64,000 nucleotides of DNA from Podarcis gaigeae (Eukaryota), in assembly GCA_964106915.2 (NCBI GenBank), contig OZ066921.1; one strand, written 5' to 3'. Of the stretch, positions 49,801 through 63,200 are shown in pieces; within the stretch, counting starts at the first letter, position 1; every line of letters begins with the position of its first letter. The position numbers were made by a program, and so were the translations under genes. The notes below the pieces were generated by a model. The model saw only the letters and a list, made by a program, of their open reading frames with translations, did no database searches and was not told the DNA's origin.

Positions 49801-52800
49801 CCAAAACATCTGGAGGGCCGAGTTTGCCTATGCCTGAGCTATGCCTACTGAAACTAAAAGGCCTCTGTAGGTTGGATACAAACAGTTTCCCCAAATAAAA
49901 AGTGTATGTTGCAGGTTATTGTGGCAAGGATGGAGATAGCCACATCCAACCTTTATTTTTTAATAAACACAAAAGAACAACTAAAAGGAGAGTGCTGGGA
50001 CATGGCCAAATGGGGGGAGGGGGATGGAAGGATAACTGTATTTCAGTTTTGCATGGTAGTTCAGGGAGTGCAAATCTCAGAGGTTTCACATCCAAGTCTG
50101 ATCCAAACACATTAATCCTCTGTCCAAATATGCAAATACAGCTGCAGAGAGTGTTCCACAGGCTAGTCACATGTGAGACCTGCCATCCCACGAAAACAGT
50201 CCTGCTGAGGAGGTTTTGTACCTCTTTGACCTGGGGGACTCCCACACAGCATCCGGTGAGCATGAGCTTGAGCGGTTCTCTGCCTTGGATGTGACACTGG
50301 AGGTTCTCATAGCAGATGTCCTGGCTCTGCTCACAGGGGTGGAAAGTCACTTCAAAGAAGACGTCCGTTCCTGGGGAAATGTAGCCTTCCACTGGCCTAA
50401 TGGAGAAGTCTGGCTTGAAGCGCTTGGCGTCCCATTTAAATCTTTTCACGAAAAGAAAAAGAAGCATTTCAGCAGGAGGGTGAAGGACAACCCAGGAAGC
50501 CCCTTTGCTCTCGTTTCCTCCATGCTTCCTTTCTTAAGCCATTTCAAGAGGCACATTTGGAAGAGAAAGACAGAAGGCTGACCTGGGAAACCTGGGAAGA
50601 CCAAACCCACTGGCTGCAGATTGCTGATCTCTAGTGCTGAGAGTTGCTGCCATGCAGGGAATTGGAGGTATTGTAATAGACACAATCTATTAGAGATACC
50701 TCCATTGGGGTTGGAAAAATACACATTTTGGATTAGCCCTTCTGAAGATGGTTGGTGCTCCACGGAAGGGCTACAGAGAGGAATTACTGAAAAGGAGTTG
50801 ATGCAGCCACAACCCCCTAGTGACAAAGACAGTGGGAGGTGATGGGGGAAGGATAACAGGATTGGAAGGAGACTCAGGTGAGTGGCATTGCCCTAACAGA
50901 ATCCTGGGTTACTCAAAAATGTGCAAAAGTTTTTACCACCTGAAGCTGGCCCGGTGGACATGGATTTACTGTCCTGTTTCTTCTCTGTTTTGTTTTGCCT
51001 TTGACACCTCTGGAACAAGTGAATGGCCACTTAAGCCAGGACTTGAAGGGAGGAAGACCAGCCTTGTGGAGCATAAAGGATGGTGGAGTGGGGTGGGGAG
51101 GGAAGGGAAACTCAGCCAGAAGGACTTTCTCTGTTTACCCCACACCGATGTCTCCTGTGTTCTGCATCATGATGCGGCGGGAAGCCTGGCTCCGTAGCAC
51201 CACTGCTCCAAAAGGGACATGATCCTGGTCCAGACTGACTTCGATGCCCTGGCTGCAGCCTTGCACCACAAAGAGGGAGCGCAGGATCCCATGGCACTCA
51301 AGCAGGACCTCCTCTTTGAACGGCAGGATGCGGCTCTTCGGGGCAAAAGTCAACTCCACGTGGCATGTGCCTTCTTTGGGCTTCAGGGTTATTTCATTGC
51401 ATGGAGTCATGGAAAGAACCTGCCCAAGAGAGATGGGACTGAACACTCCCTGGACCAGACATTGCCCCAGATAACTCCAAGGGGCTGCTTTTCTCAAGCA
51501 AGTCTGGTAGATTTGGTGGCTAAGGTTGCCACTTTTTTCACTGGCAGAACAGCTGCATAACAGGCATATGTATGGCTTTTGCACCATGAATACGTAATTA
51601 GTGAAGGGCAAGCTCTTCCTGGATTGATTTAGAATAGACCAGGGGTCTGCAACCCGCGGCTCCGGAGCCGCATGTGGCTCTTTTACACCTTTGCCGCGGC
51701 TCCGGGGCGGATACTAGCGAGGGGAGGAGGCGCATTGTGCGCCCTGACACTCCCCACTGTGACGGGCGCTGTACTGGCTGTGATGTCGCATGGGGGCGGT
51801 GCGTGCGTTAGTCACGCACTGTCCCGACGTCACCTTCCCACCCGCTGTCAGATCGCGGCTCTGGAGATATATTTGTTTTAAATGTCGCAATGGTTTTGCG
51901 GCTCCCAGTTTTTTTTCTTCTTCGGAAATGGGTCCAAGTGGCTCTTTTTGTCTTAAAGGTTGCAGACCCCTGGAATAGACCTACCCCAAACAAATTAAAC
52001 TTGGGTCCCATTCTGAGGTAACACCCTCTCATGCTCCTGATAAACAGGCCTGGAATCGCCACCTCAATGCTTCACTTTTTTCCAAACTCACTTGCAAAAT
52101 GTTGCAATTAGGAGGACTTAACCTTATTCCCAGTGCAAAGATTCATGGGAGATGTAGTTCCATGGCTCTTGGTGCCCTAGTAGACCCATCAGGATCCATG
52201 GATACTACATACTTCACAGAACACTAGGATGTCTTTTCAACAACTGTTAATTGTCTGTGCTTTTCTGTAATTCATTTCCCTCTAACCTCCCTGCACTGCC
52301 TCCACATGTCAAACATATACTGTACCTGTATCTCAGGATAACAGTTCACACATCTAATGAAGAGGACTGTAGTTCACGTCAGCTTAAGCCATAATAAATG
52401 TGTCAGTCTTGAAGATTAGACAATACTCTTTGTTCTTTTCACTGCAACAATCTAGCATGGCTACCCCTCTGGAACTGGGAAAAGTAGCTCCCATGGATCC
52501 TGATGATGCTAATGGGACATCTTTGGGAACTAAAGCTCCCAGGGGCCCTTATGCCTAGGGTACTGCTATAGCTATATCCAAAGTCTAAAAGACCAATGAA
52601 ATCTTCCTGATGCAAACATAGCCATTTGGTGATCTTGGATTGGAGGCAGTGGTGTCAAGGAGGGTCAACACTGGGCTGAACTTCAGAGGGGAGATGGATT
52701 CTATCTAAAATGGGTATGAATTTTCAGAACTGTGAAATGTGATATCCAAACAAACATCTCAATTATAAACTTTGACACCCTTACTAGGTAGGACAGACAC

Positions 52801-55800
52801 TGATTCGTATTTCTCCTTATGCAGTTGTTAAAGGTCCTGCCAGATAAATGGGAAGCAATTCAATTGGCCCACTAGAGACCAGGCTACCTGGTCTGCTAGC
52901 CAACCATTTTTAGAAATAACCAAACCACTCATATTTCTCATTTTCCTTGTGTTCCACCAGCATATGGTACTGCTTGAACATGGAGGTTCCATTTAGATCA
53001 CAAGGCTAATAGAACCAGTCATAATTTCACAGGAGTGCAGTTGAAGAAAAAAATAAGTTATAACATTAGTCTGCATAAAATATACCTGAAGTTGTTCAAA
53101 CCCAGTTCAAAGTGCCCAAACTGGAGCAGAATCCAAGTTTTGCCAGAGTTCTCCCTTCCTAAGGTAACCAACTACAAAAGCCATCCAGGCTTCCCAAAGG
53201 AGAGGAAAGCCAGAAAATACATTATGTTTGGGAGGGCCCTCTTTGGTGAGAGTTTGTCTGGTTTAGCTTTGGCAGTGTTCCAGAAGCCAAATTTGACTGG
53301 TAAGACATTTTTGGTTAATGATTCTGCTATGCAATAGCATTTCTTCCTTCACTCAAAATAGAGTCAGGTGAACAATATCCAAGTCTTAACTTTTCTGAGC
53401 TAATAATGGATTGTAGCCTTACTTATTAATCTGAATTCTTTCTCAGCAATTTCGCATATGCAATCCTACAAGGGGGGGGGGGAGTGTTTAAGCCACTGAA
53501 ATTAGAAATGCATCACAGTATTAAGAACACAATCCCTTATGTTAGAATGACCAGTGGTGCAGGGGGTCCCATGGCAGGAAAGGGGGGGGGGGACGACTCT
53601 TACCTTCTGTTCCTGCAACTCTGATGCAGAGTACATGAAATTTAGGTTGAAGGTGACAAAAGTGACACTGCGGTTCACTATCGTCACCATCTTCTTCACA
53701 CTGTGCCCTGGAGGGACAGCTCCAAATTTCAGCACTTTGTTGTGAGGTTCTGTAACCTCTATCTGTGGGCAAAGAAAACACACAGTGGGGACAACTGAAA
53801 TGGAGCAGGAAAAAGAGGTAAGAAAATGGCACAGGCTAGTGTGATGAAGGGTCCATATAACAATGAGACGTGAAGACAAAATGACACCAGGAGAGTGCAT
53901 GAAAGGCTCAAGGTTGAGAAAACAACATTGTCCTTTAGGAAAAAACAGCAGGTGAGCGATTATGCTGAAAGCAGAAAAAACTCAAATTTTTTGTGCCTTC
54001 ATGATGTCTGGATTGCCCTGAAGAAGCTGCTGGTGCTCCTTTCAGATGCCTCAGTCCCCCTGTCTCCTCCCAAGATCTCCAGATTTCCTTCAATGGTGGA
54101 AAGTCAAACTCCTCACCATTTCCCTCTGGCCTAGCATGTCACCAAGCAGAGGTGGAGAACGTACTGGGCAACAGCTCCTGCAGTCCTTGAGCACTGGTCC
54201 CGCTGGCTGATGGAAGTTGGGGCACAGATGATCCCCATCCCTGTCATGAACATCTATCCTCCTTCCATTGTGAGCTTTGGCTATCCCTGACTGTGATGCA
54301 ATGTTGTTTCAGAAGTGCCTAATTCAACAATCTCATATTCAGCCGAGGGAGGAGACTTTCAAGAGTTCTAACCATGTTGTTTTGCTCCTACCCTGTCTGC
54401 AACCACTTTCATGTCACTGTATATTTGCAAGAACTTAGTAGGTTCTGCCCCATTCTGCACACCTCAGTTAATGACCATGTCAGTGCTAACTCTTCTATCT
54501 CAATGTAAAAATTGAGAAGCAGCCTCTGCTTGTTTGGAGGATCTTTTCCTTGCTTTCAACTTAGATTTGACTGTAGAAACCCAACAAATGCAAGGCTGAA
54601 GGAAGCCAATTCAATAAAGATAAATAAAATACAGCTCCTAAAAAAATATCCCACTTGCCTAAAGAATAACGTATTTGAGCTGCATCTTATAAGAGGCACA
54701 AAAGCTGAAGTCTTAATTTGGCCTCTCTGGCTGTGGAGCCCAGAGGTCCAGGACACTCACTCAGTCTCACCTTCATCTCAATGCCCTTCCCGAAGACCTC
54801 AATATTACGCTGCAAGACCCCATTGATTTCAAAGGTGATGACCTCATGGTAGGAAATGGCCTCTCGGGGATAGAAGGTGATTGGAATCTCTGCCTTTCCT
54901 CCAGCACCCAGCACTTCAGCATGGAAACCAACCTCGAGGTAAGCTGTGTTGGTGAACAAGCATTCCAGGCTATGAAGAGGCAGAAGAGACTATCATCAGC
55001 CTTTCAGAGTGGTGGTCATTCTCTCCAGCCAAAAAGCCTGCCTGAGCCCCTACTAGGTTCTAGACTTAGGTGGCACTGATACCACATTTTGAAACAGAAA
55101 GATTCTTTCTCCAAAAAGGTGCCTCTGACTCTGAAAGATGAGCAGCTTTCCAACAGTTTGACGTGTGGGATTTTTGGAATAAATATCAAGGAGTGCCAGG
55201 TTATAACTCTTTTCCTGTTTTGTTCCTCTTTTCCTGTTGCTCAGAAGAAATTTATATTTAAGGTTTAGGTTAATCTTTATGTATACAATGTGACAATTTA
55301 TACTTTTTACAGCACATTTTAATTGATTTACATGTGACTGATATGTTCTATGCTGATTTGCCTACCCAGTTAACTTTTTACTTAATCATTTACTTAATTA
55401 TTTATTAACCTGCCTCATCATTTTATTTAATTATTTAACTTGGGTTTATAATTATTTGTATACTGTATTATTTGCTTTCTGGTTATAATATCTGTATCAC
55501 TGACAGCTAAAAGTAGCAGGGTTGCCAATATAGATGGTAAAACTAATTAATTCTGTATCAACTGCCCTGTGTCATGTCGCCTATTTAATCCATGCCACTT
55601 ATTTGGAATTATTAAGCTACATTTTCAAAAAGCAAATGAGTGTGAGAGGGGTTGAACTTCACTCCTCTCCTTTTTACCCTCTCACAGCCTCCACAATCTT
55701 CCTCCCCCCCCCCTGTCTCTCCATACAGTGATCAGCTCTAATGTCTGTTCCAACTCTCTGTGCTTCTGCTATGTGCATTTTTTCTTGGGCTAATAGCTGC

Positions 55801-58800
55801 TCTCAGTGGAGAGATGCACAGTGCTTTGGGCTTTTGACAAACCAACGCTGTCGCCTCCACTGACAATGTTGAGGCAAGGCACTAGAACACAAGGAGCCCC
55901 TCCCAGGGCAGAGTTGGAGCAGGCAAAGAGAGAGAAGACATGATCCAAAGTGTTGTGTCACACATTCATCCCTTCCTGACTGCTAATGTGCCTGTGCAAA
56001 TGGGGCATCACACATTTGTCAGCTACCACATCAGGGGTGAGGTTTATACTTTCCAAAATTGCCTTCTGCCTTCAACAAGTGAGGCAGAAAATGGAGGTTG
56101 GGACTACTAATGATACCAGCTAGCTCATCCGAAAAAGCCCATCTAAGCAGCTGGAGATCTTCTAATTGCAACCCCAACAGATGCTGCAGATTGAAAGGTT
56201 GACAGGGCTGTGATGCCTCTTAAGGAGAGTCCGCTGATCTAGGTAGCGTATTGATTCGCCCTTTGCTGATGGGGCTATATAAATTCCCAAGGCAGGCATG
56301 GGACTTTGCCTGAGCAATGGTCAATTTGACCTTCCCTGCCTGTGATTCTTGGTTCTGATTCTCCCACCTTTAGCCCTCCACCCTGCTAGCTCTTTGCTCT
56401 GCCTGTAGCACAACATCACACCACTCCTGGTGCTGTGCACCTGAATTTACCTCCTGCACATCTGGCATGGTGCTCTGTGTCTGCGAGGCACATCATTGGT
56501 CCAGCTTACCTTGCATCCTTGGCATCCTTATTCGTGACAGTCAGGATTCGTTTGGAAACGGTCATTCCACCTTGGTAGATGAAGCAGCTTCCAAACTCTA
56601 CTTTGGTGAGGGAGAAATGGATGCTGGGATTCACAGCTGAGCCTTCCAGCAAACAAGTAAATGTTGGTCCATGGCTGATCTGTGAGCACAGAGAGAGGCT
56701 GCCTCAGAACTGGTCAGATTAGTTGTCAGACTAATATATACTTGGCTAATTTTATTTTTAAGACAATATCTGATTGTGCTGGGAGTTCTAAGCTTTATTT
56801 TTTTATATCCTTGGTGTAACTATTAAGTGGGTGATTTGAAACCTTCTCGTCAGACAACAGAAGAAACCCACCACCACCGTCCCTGGGTCTTCCTTACCTG
56901 CAGCTTCAGCTCCACATCTTTTAAGGTGCATGGCTTCAGTGGGTGGAAGGACAGCAGGACCTCTGTCCGATCCCCTGCTTCTACTACTTCGTTATTTGGA
57001 GAGATGGCAAAATATTGCTGCACTGCTTTGGCAAGGTCAAGTTCCCATGAGAAGTTGAAGTTAAATTTGCCAGTATTCAGAATATAGAAATGGCACTGAG
57101 CATAATCACTGACTTGCATCTGTCCAGAGCAAAGAGAAGATGCAGCATTAATACTGTTGCAGAGCCACTGCTTGTTATAGGCTTGTCTTCCTTTGAGCTA
57201 GTGGTGCCACCCACAAAGTGGTGCCACCCACCCCTAGTTTGGATAGTCACTCCAGAAGGATACCATGGTCGATGGTATCAAAAGCTGCTGAGAGGTCAAG
57301 AATAATTAACAGGAACATGTTTCCGTTGTGTCTCTCTGGATAGAGGTCATCATACAGGGCCTCCAAATAAGTTTCTGTGCCAAAATCGGGCCTAAACCTG
57401 GATTGAAATGGATCCAGAAAATCAGTTTTTTTCCAAAAGTGCCTGAATCTGGTCTGCAACCACTCGCTCCAGAACCTTGTTCAGGAAAGGGAGATTAGCA
57501 ACTGGCCGGTAGTTAGGTTTTCCAAATCCAGGGAAGGTTTCTTAAGGAATGGTTTTACCATTGCCTCCTTCAAACAGGCAGGGACCACCCCCTCTCATAA
57601 AGAGGCATTGATCACCTCCCTGGTCCAGCCAACAGTTCTCTCCCTGTTGGTTTTTATCAGCCAAGAGGAGCAAGGATCTAGAGTGCAAGTGGTTGCCCTG
57701 ACCGATCCGAGCACCTTGTCCACATCCTCAAACCTTACCAACTGAAACTCATCCAACACAACAGGACTAGACAGTGCTCTGGACATCCCATGAGATTCAT
57801 CTGCTATAGCAGCAGAGTCAAGGTCTTGGTCGATGCAAGTGATTTTATCCTCAAAATGCTTTGCAAACAAGTCACAACGAGCTACCGTTGGTTCTCCAAC
57901 CTCCTTTGGGCCAGCCTGTAAAAGGCCCTGTACAACCTGGAAAAGCTCTGCAGGAGGACATAATGAGGGTGCAATGGAGGCAGCAAAGTATGCTTTCTTT
58001 GCTGCCTTCACAACCACTAGGTAGGCTTGATAATGAGCCCTTACCAGTGTTCAGTTGCATTCATTCAGATCTTTCCTCCACTTGCGTTCAAGACGTCTCC
58101 CAGCCTGTTTCCTTGCCCTAAGCTCTGTAGTATACCAGGGGGCCAAACAGGCTCCGTGAAGTGGGAGAGGGCAGTCACGGGTGATCGTGTCAGTAACCCA
58201 AGCCATTCAGGTGTTAAGAGTCCAATGGCACCCGTGCCCCACCTCTGCACTAGGGTCTAAGCTCCACTGAGCTCAGTTTGATTTTTTTCTCAAGTTGCAT
58301 GCATAATATGAGCCTTCTGAAGTGCAAGAGAGAAGGGAATTTGTCACTACCTGGAGCATTGCCAAAGAGAATCAGAGTACATTTCTGCAAGGACCTCTCA
58401 CAGTTTGTGACCCTACCTTTCCTACAAATGAATCCACAATGCTGATGCTTAGGGATCGGCCTAGCCGATCTGCTTGGGGATGTTTCCATCAACACAGCTT
58501 GCTGTTAAAGACACTGTTTCTCAAGCCATCACTATGGAAAATTCTGCAAATTGTTGATGCTTGTTGGAGTCAAGTAGTGATAAGATAATCCTGGGCTCTC
58601 ACCTCTTGAAAGCTGATCCGGTGTGGCTGGTCAGGGTCCAGCTCAGTAAGCAAACCGCTACTTTCCTGACACTTCACAGACACATTCATGGTGTGGCCAG
58701 TGGCTTTGATGTTCAAACAGAGGGGCTGGCTCTTTCTTTTGACATCACAGATCAAGTTGAAGTTTACCTCCCCCTCCAGGTTAGGCATGAATAAGATGCT

Positions 58801-59655
58801 AATAGGAAGCCTGGTGAGAAAACACCACACATTTGGTTGGGGTTGGTTGCACTAAGAAAACTAGTCACAAGGATAACTGCATCCTGTAGGATGCTCAGCC
58901 CTTTCAGCACTGAGGGCTTTTCAAGACCAGTTAACCCCCCATAAAACTGCGGAAATTTGCATGTATATCAATGCATGCTTTGTGCTAAGCCTGTAGCCAA
59001 AATCCTTCCCTGCAATGCAGAATGTGAAGTTGCAGGGGAGAAAGGGGCCAAAGAACAAGTGCTTTACAGATAATGCCATGGGACCAGAAACACAAAAATC
59101 TTATGAAGGGAATGTCTGGCTCGCTCCCACTCAACAGGGACACCATGAGTACCAAGAATGTGCCATTCAAGGCACTTGTCATCTAGCTCCACATCCTCTT
59201 TTACCTGGAATGAGGTGGGATTGAGCCTTCCATGGGCTGCAGTTTTAGACAGCTGATTCGCCCCTCTGAAAAACGAGAGCCTTCTCTGAAGGAAAAATTG
59301 TAGGTCTCATTCTCATTGTTGATAATGTCGATGCTCTCACGAGCCTCGTGTCCTTAGGGAGAGAAGAATAGCAGTGGAATGCTAGGGTTTAGTCAGTTTG
59401 CTAGAGAGAACTCACCGCCTTCCCAATTATATTTACTCAGAATCTTTACTGTCTAAGAGTAAAATGTATTTTTCCCCAATAAAAACTTACGCAAAATGAA
59501 ACACATTTATCCTTTAAAATTCACATGTCTCTGAATTTTGCAGTGCCAATGCAGTTTTTCAACTATATGTTTAGGGAAGCTTTTAATGTTTAATAGGTTA
59601 TTGTATTTTAGTGTTTTGTTGGAAGCCACCCAGAGTGGGCAGGGTATAAATTATA

Positions 59656-59702
<47 letters not shown>

Positions 59703-60231
59703 ACAAAAATGGATATATTAAAGGGAAAGACCATTTGGTTCTTACCTTGCAAAGTTGATTTCTTTGTGCACCAAAGTACTAAAGAATTTTTATGAATATT
59801 TGTTTTAAGATCAAATTGTAGAATGATTAGATTGCACCATACGTTTATACAAATTGTGTGAAATATGGCAAATAGATATTCAGACTGGGAAAATAAGAAA
59901 CTGAAATGGACAGATCTCTCCCCCCACCCCCGCTGCCTCTCATGTCTGTCCTTACCAATAAGGAGCGAGCGGAAGTTCAGGTGGGATCTTTCCAGAGACA
60001 CAGCAGGGTCCGTGGTGTGACCAACCAAGAGGAATGGGACAGAAAGGTTGTGTTCAGGGATTAAGAAAGTCCAAAAGGATTCTGTGGTGTCCAGATGTTG
60101 AGGGATGAATTCAAATATGACCTACAGGTAAAAAGGCAACTGGAAACATCTGGCACAGTCCTGCTCTTACTAGTGGCAGTTTTATACCTCCTTCCCCCCT
60201 GCCTTTACTACAGTGCTTTCAAAAGTATTTC

Positions 60232-60276
<45 letters not shown>

Positions 60277-63200
60277 CATCACTAAGGACTTCCCCAGTTT
60301 TGCAGCCTCTTCCTTCTCTACTAGGAGGCATTGACTAAAAATATTATTAAAACCCCAGGTTTTCCAATAGTCAATAGCTATCATAGCTCCATTGAGGAAC
60401 TCTCTTTCTCAGCACTCTCAAGGAACAGCACAGGCCTGCTTAACTTTATAAGCAGTTGCTTTGCCCCTGTTTCCACAGTTATGTAGGTCAATAAAGGTTT
60501 TTGCTGTTATCGCTGTGTCTTGCCTCATGGAAACCCACCTACACCAGATATATTCTTCCCTTTCCATTTCTTGCTCTTAGTGTGGGTCATGCTGGCAAAA
60601 TTGTCACACCCATGTTTCCATAGGCTTTCTAAAACAGGGACTCTTTCACTCTTTGGGTCAAGGGCAGTGTGCTCTGTAGTAGTTGCTGCCTGCTTAACTT
60701 GTAATTTTGCTGTCTGAAGCAACATTTATATATTCTGTCACTTGTATTTCCTACAATAAACCAATATTTCTTTATTCCTTGGGGTGAGAAATTATTGTGG
60801 GCATGAGGTTAAGGGTTAACACATAACAAGCACATGTCATAACTCCAGCAAAATATCCTAAACCTATCTTTAGTGTGTGTGTGAATACACATGAGTGCTA
60901 GACATGCATGTGGGTTCAAAACACATACTGTTACCAGAATAGATGTGCTTCTATGTCGGCTTGCTGGAATAAGAACTACCAGAAGTGGCACATGGAACAG
61001 GTACATGTATATGAGGAACAGTCTACCAGGAGCGGCCACACCCTTGCCAAGGAAGACTCAGAGGCAAGAGATGGTGGCCATAACTTGGCATTCCCTCTGC
61101 CAACTCACCTCCACTTTTTTCTCTGGCCGGAGCTGGCCTCGCTCCGTAAAGCAGATGAAGGCAGCATAATCTTTGTTCTCCTGCTGCTCACAGACCCACT
61201 GGAAAGAGTAGGTGGCATTGGTGGGGTTCATGATGGCAAAGCTCCTACCCAAGACATGGAAGAAGTGACATCAGAGACATGTTAGGCTGTCAGCTAATTG
61301 GGGGGGGGGAGTCTAGTTGATTGATCATCTGTCTTTTAAGAAACCAGTTCAGTAACAAATTGCATTTATGTACTTTTGCATAGCACCAAAGGCCTAGTGC
61401 AAGGATATGTGCTTGGTTGTTGTTTTTTTGTGGTGAAATACAACACAATTTATTTCTTAAAGCTATCACTCATTTTAGAGAGAAATACTATTTTTAACAT
61501 TTGATTTTCTTTCCCTTTACAGTAACAAGCCACATAAAAAATAAGCAAGGGTGCCTTCATTTTCAGAATGCTACTGATTAAAAGTCTGCCCCCACAAGTG
61601 AATCAAATAAACTTGAATTGATTAATCTACTTATCACATCAATATAAGCTTGAAGTCTGGATGCAAATAAAAGTGTCTGATTCACTAATTCAGGATGGGG
61701 GTCACTGTCAGCCAGAACTCAAGATATTGGGTGAAGTTATGAAATTCACAAGCTTGAATCCCTGACTCCTGACTTTTATCAGATAAGTGACATGCTTTAT
61801 ATGAAGAAAAACAATGGTAAAGGTTCCCAGAAGCCAAAGCATAAACAATAACAAGACCAATTTATTACATCAATAAAGATACAGCAAAACAACCCAAATA
61901 ATATTAATCAGAAGAGGGAACACCAGTTGAATAATCCATTTTGACAAGTCTTTTTCAATAGTATCTATTTCCTCAACGGTCCTTGGAGGCAGTGATAACA
62001 TCCAACTACTGTGGATATATCCTTATTCCTCTTGTGCTTTTCTGCTGATAAACATTCTTTTTTCTATGTTGGTGCCTTTGCACTGATGCAAAATTTTCAG
62101 ATGTTAGCAAATCTTCCAAGGTAGCTGCTTCAGACTCTCTCCAGAGTCATGACTGGCACTGGTGCGTCATGCAGGAAGGAGAAATAGCAAAAACGCAGCC
62201 ATGGAATAAACTGCTGCACCAGCAGCCCCACCATCCTGGGCATGCAATACTGCCAAAGGGAAAGCAGCTCTCTCGGCTAAAAGCCCAAGCCCAAGGGATG
62301 TTCCCAGTCACTGCTTAGAACACCTATGACTGTTTGAATGAAGCAGTCAATGCAAAGAACTGACTGGATACTCACCGGGTGTTCCTGACGTACACTCCTA
62401 TAGAGGTAAATTCAATCACTTTGGTGTTGGCATCCAGGCTCATCCCACCAGGCCCTCGCAAGTCTTGGTTGCGTCTGTGCGCAGTGATGTAATTGGAATC
62501 TTCCAGCTCAAAATGACAGTAGGGCAAGAGGCTCTTCGCCTTCACAGCCACAACTGGGCCTTCCTCATCAGGCTTCAGGTTAGAAATACTGAAAGGAAAA
62601 AAGACCCAGGTTGACAGGGAATATGAAAATTAATTTCTGGGACTCCCTACCCCACACATGGCAGTGGAAGACAGCAGTGCCTGGCGTGCTCTGGTCCATG
62701 GGGTCACGAAGAGTCGGACACGACTAAACGACTAAACAACAACAACAAACCCCACACATGGCATGTGATCCATCTTTTCCCCACAAGAAAACTCTCTTGC
62801 TATTTTTCTGCCTCTTTGGCAGTGATCACCACCTTTTCTGGACTAACAAATCCCCATTTTACTCAGTTTCTCACCAAGCATTATGCGGTGAATGCACATT
62901 TGCATCTGCTGGCATTCCAAGGCATGAGCAAAAGCTTCACCCACATTTTGTCCCACTGAGCAGATATATACATACTATTCAGATAAGTTCAGCATTTGAC
63001 TGGTGTAGGCCTCCACTGCATAAGGCTCAACTACTTGTGGCACTGTCGGGGAGAGTCAAAACTCTGTTGTTGGAGGCCTTTCCCCCCTATTTATGGGAAC
63101 ACTTGAGCCGCCACCATCCCAAGTCCATCAAAAGAGGGCAATGAAGTAAGAGGAAACCTGTGTTGCTGCCTCTGCACTGCTCCTCCTCCCCTGGATTCAG

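Noticed and set aside
57200-57231. Short tandem duplications (agtggtgccacccac x2; similar cases near 45913, 22685 and 11820)
   Set aside because: Ordinary slippage or repair duplications with no array structure; not CRISPR-like.
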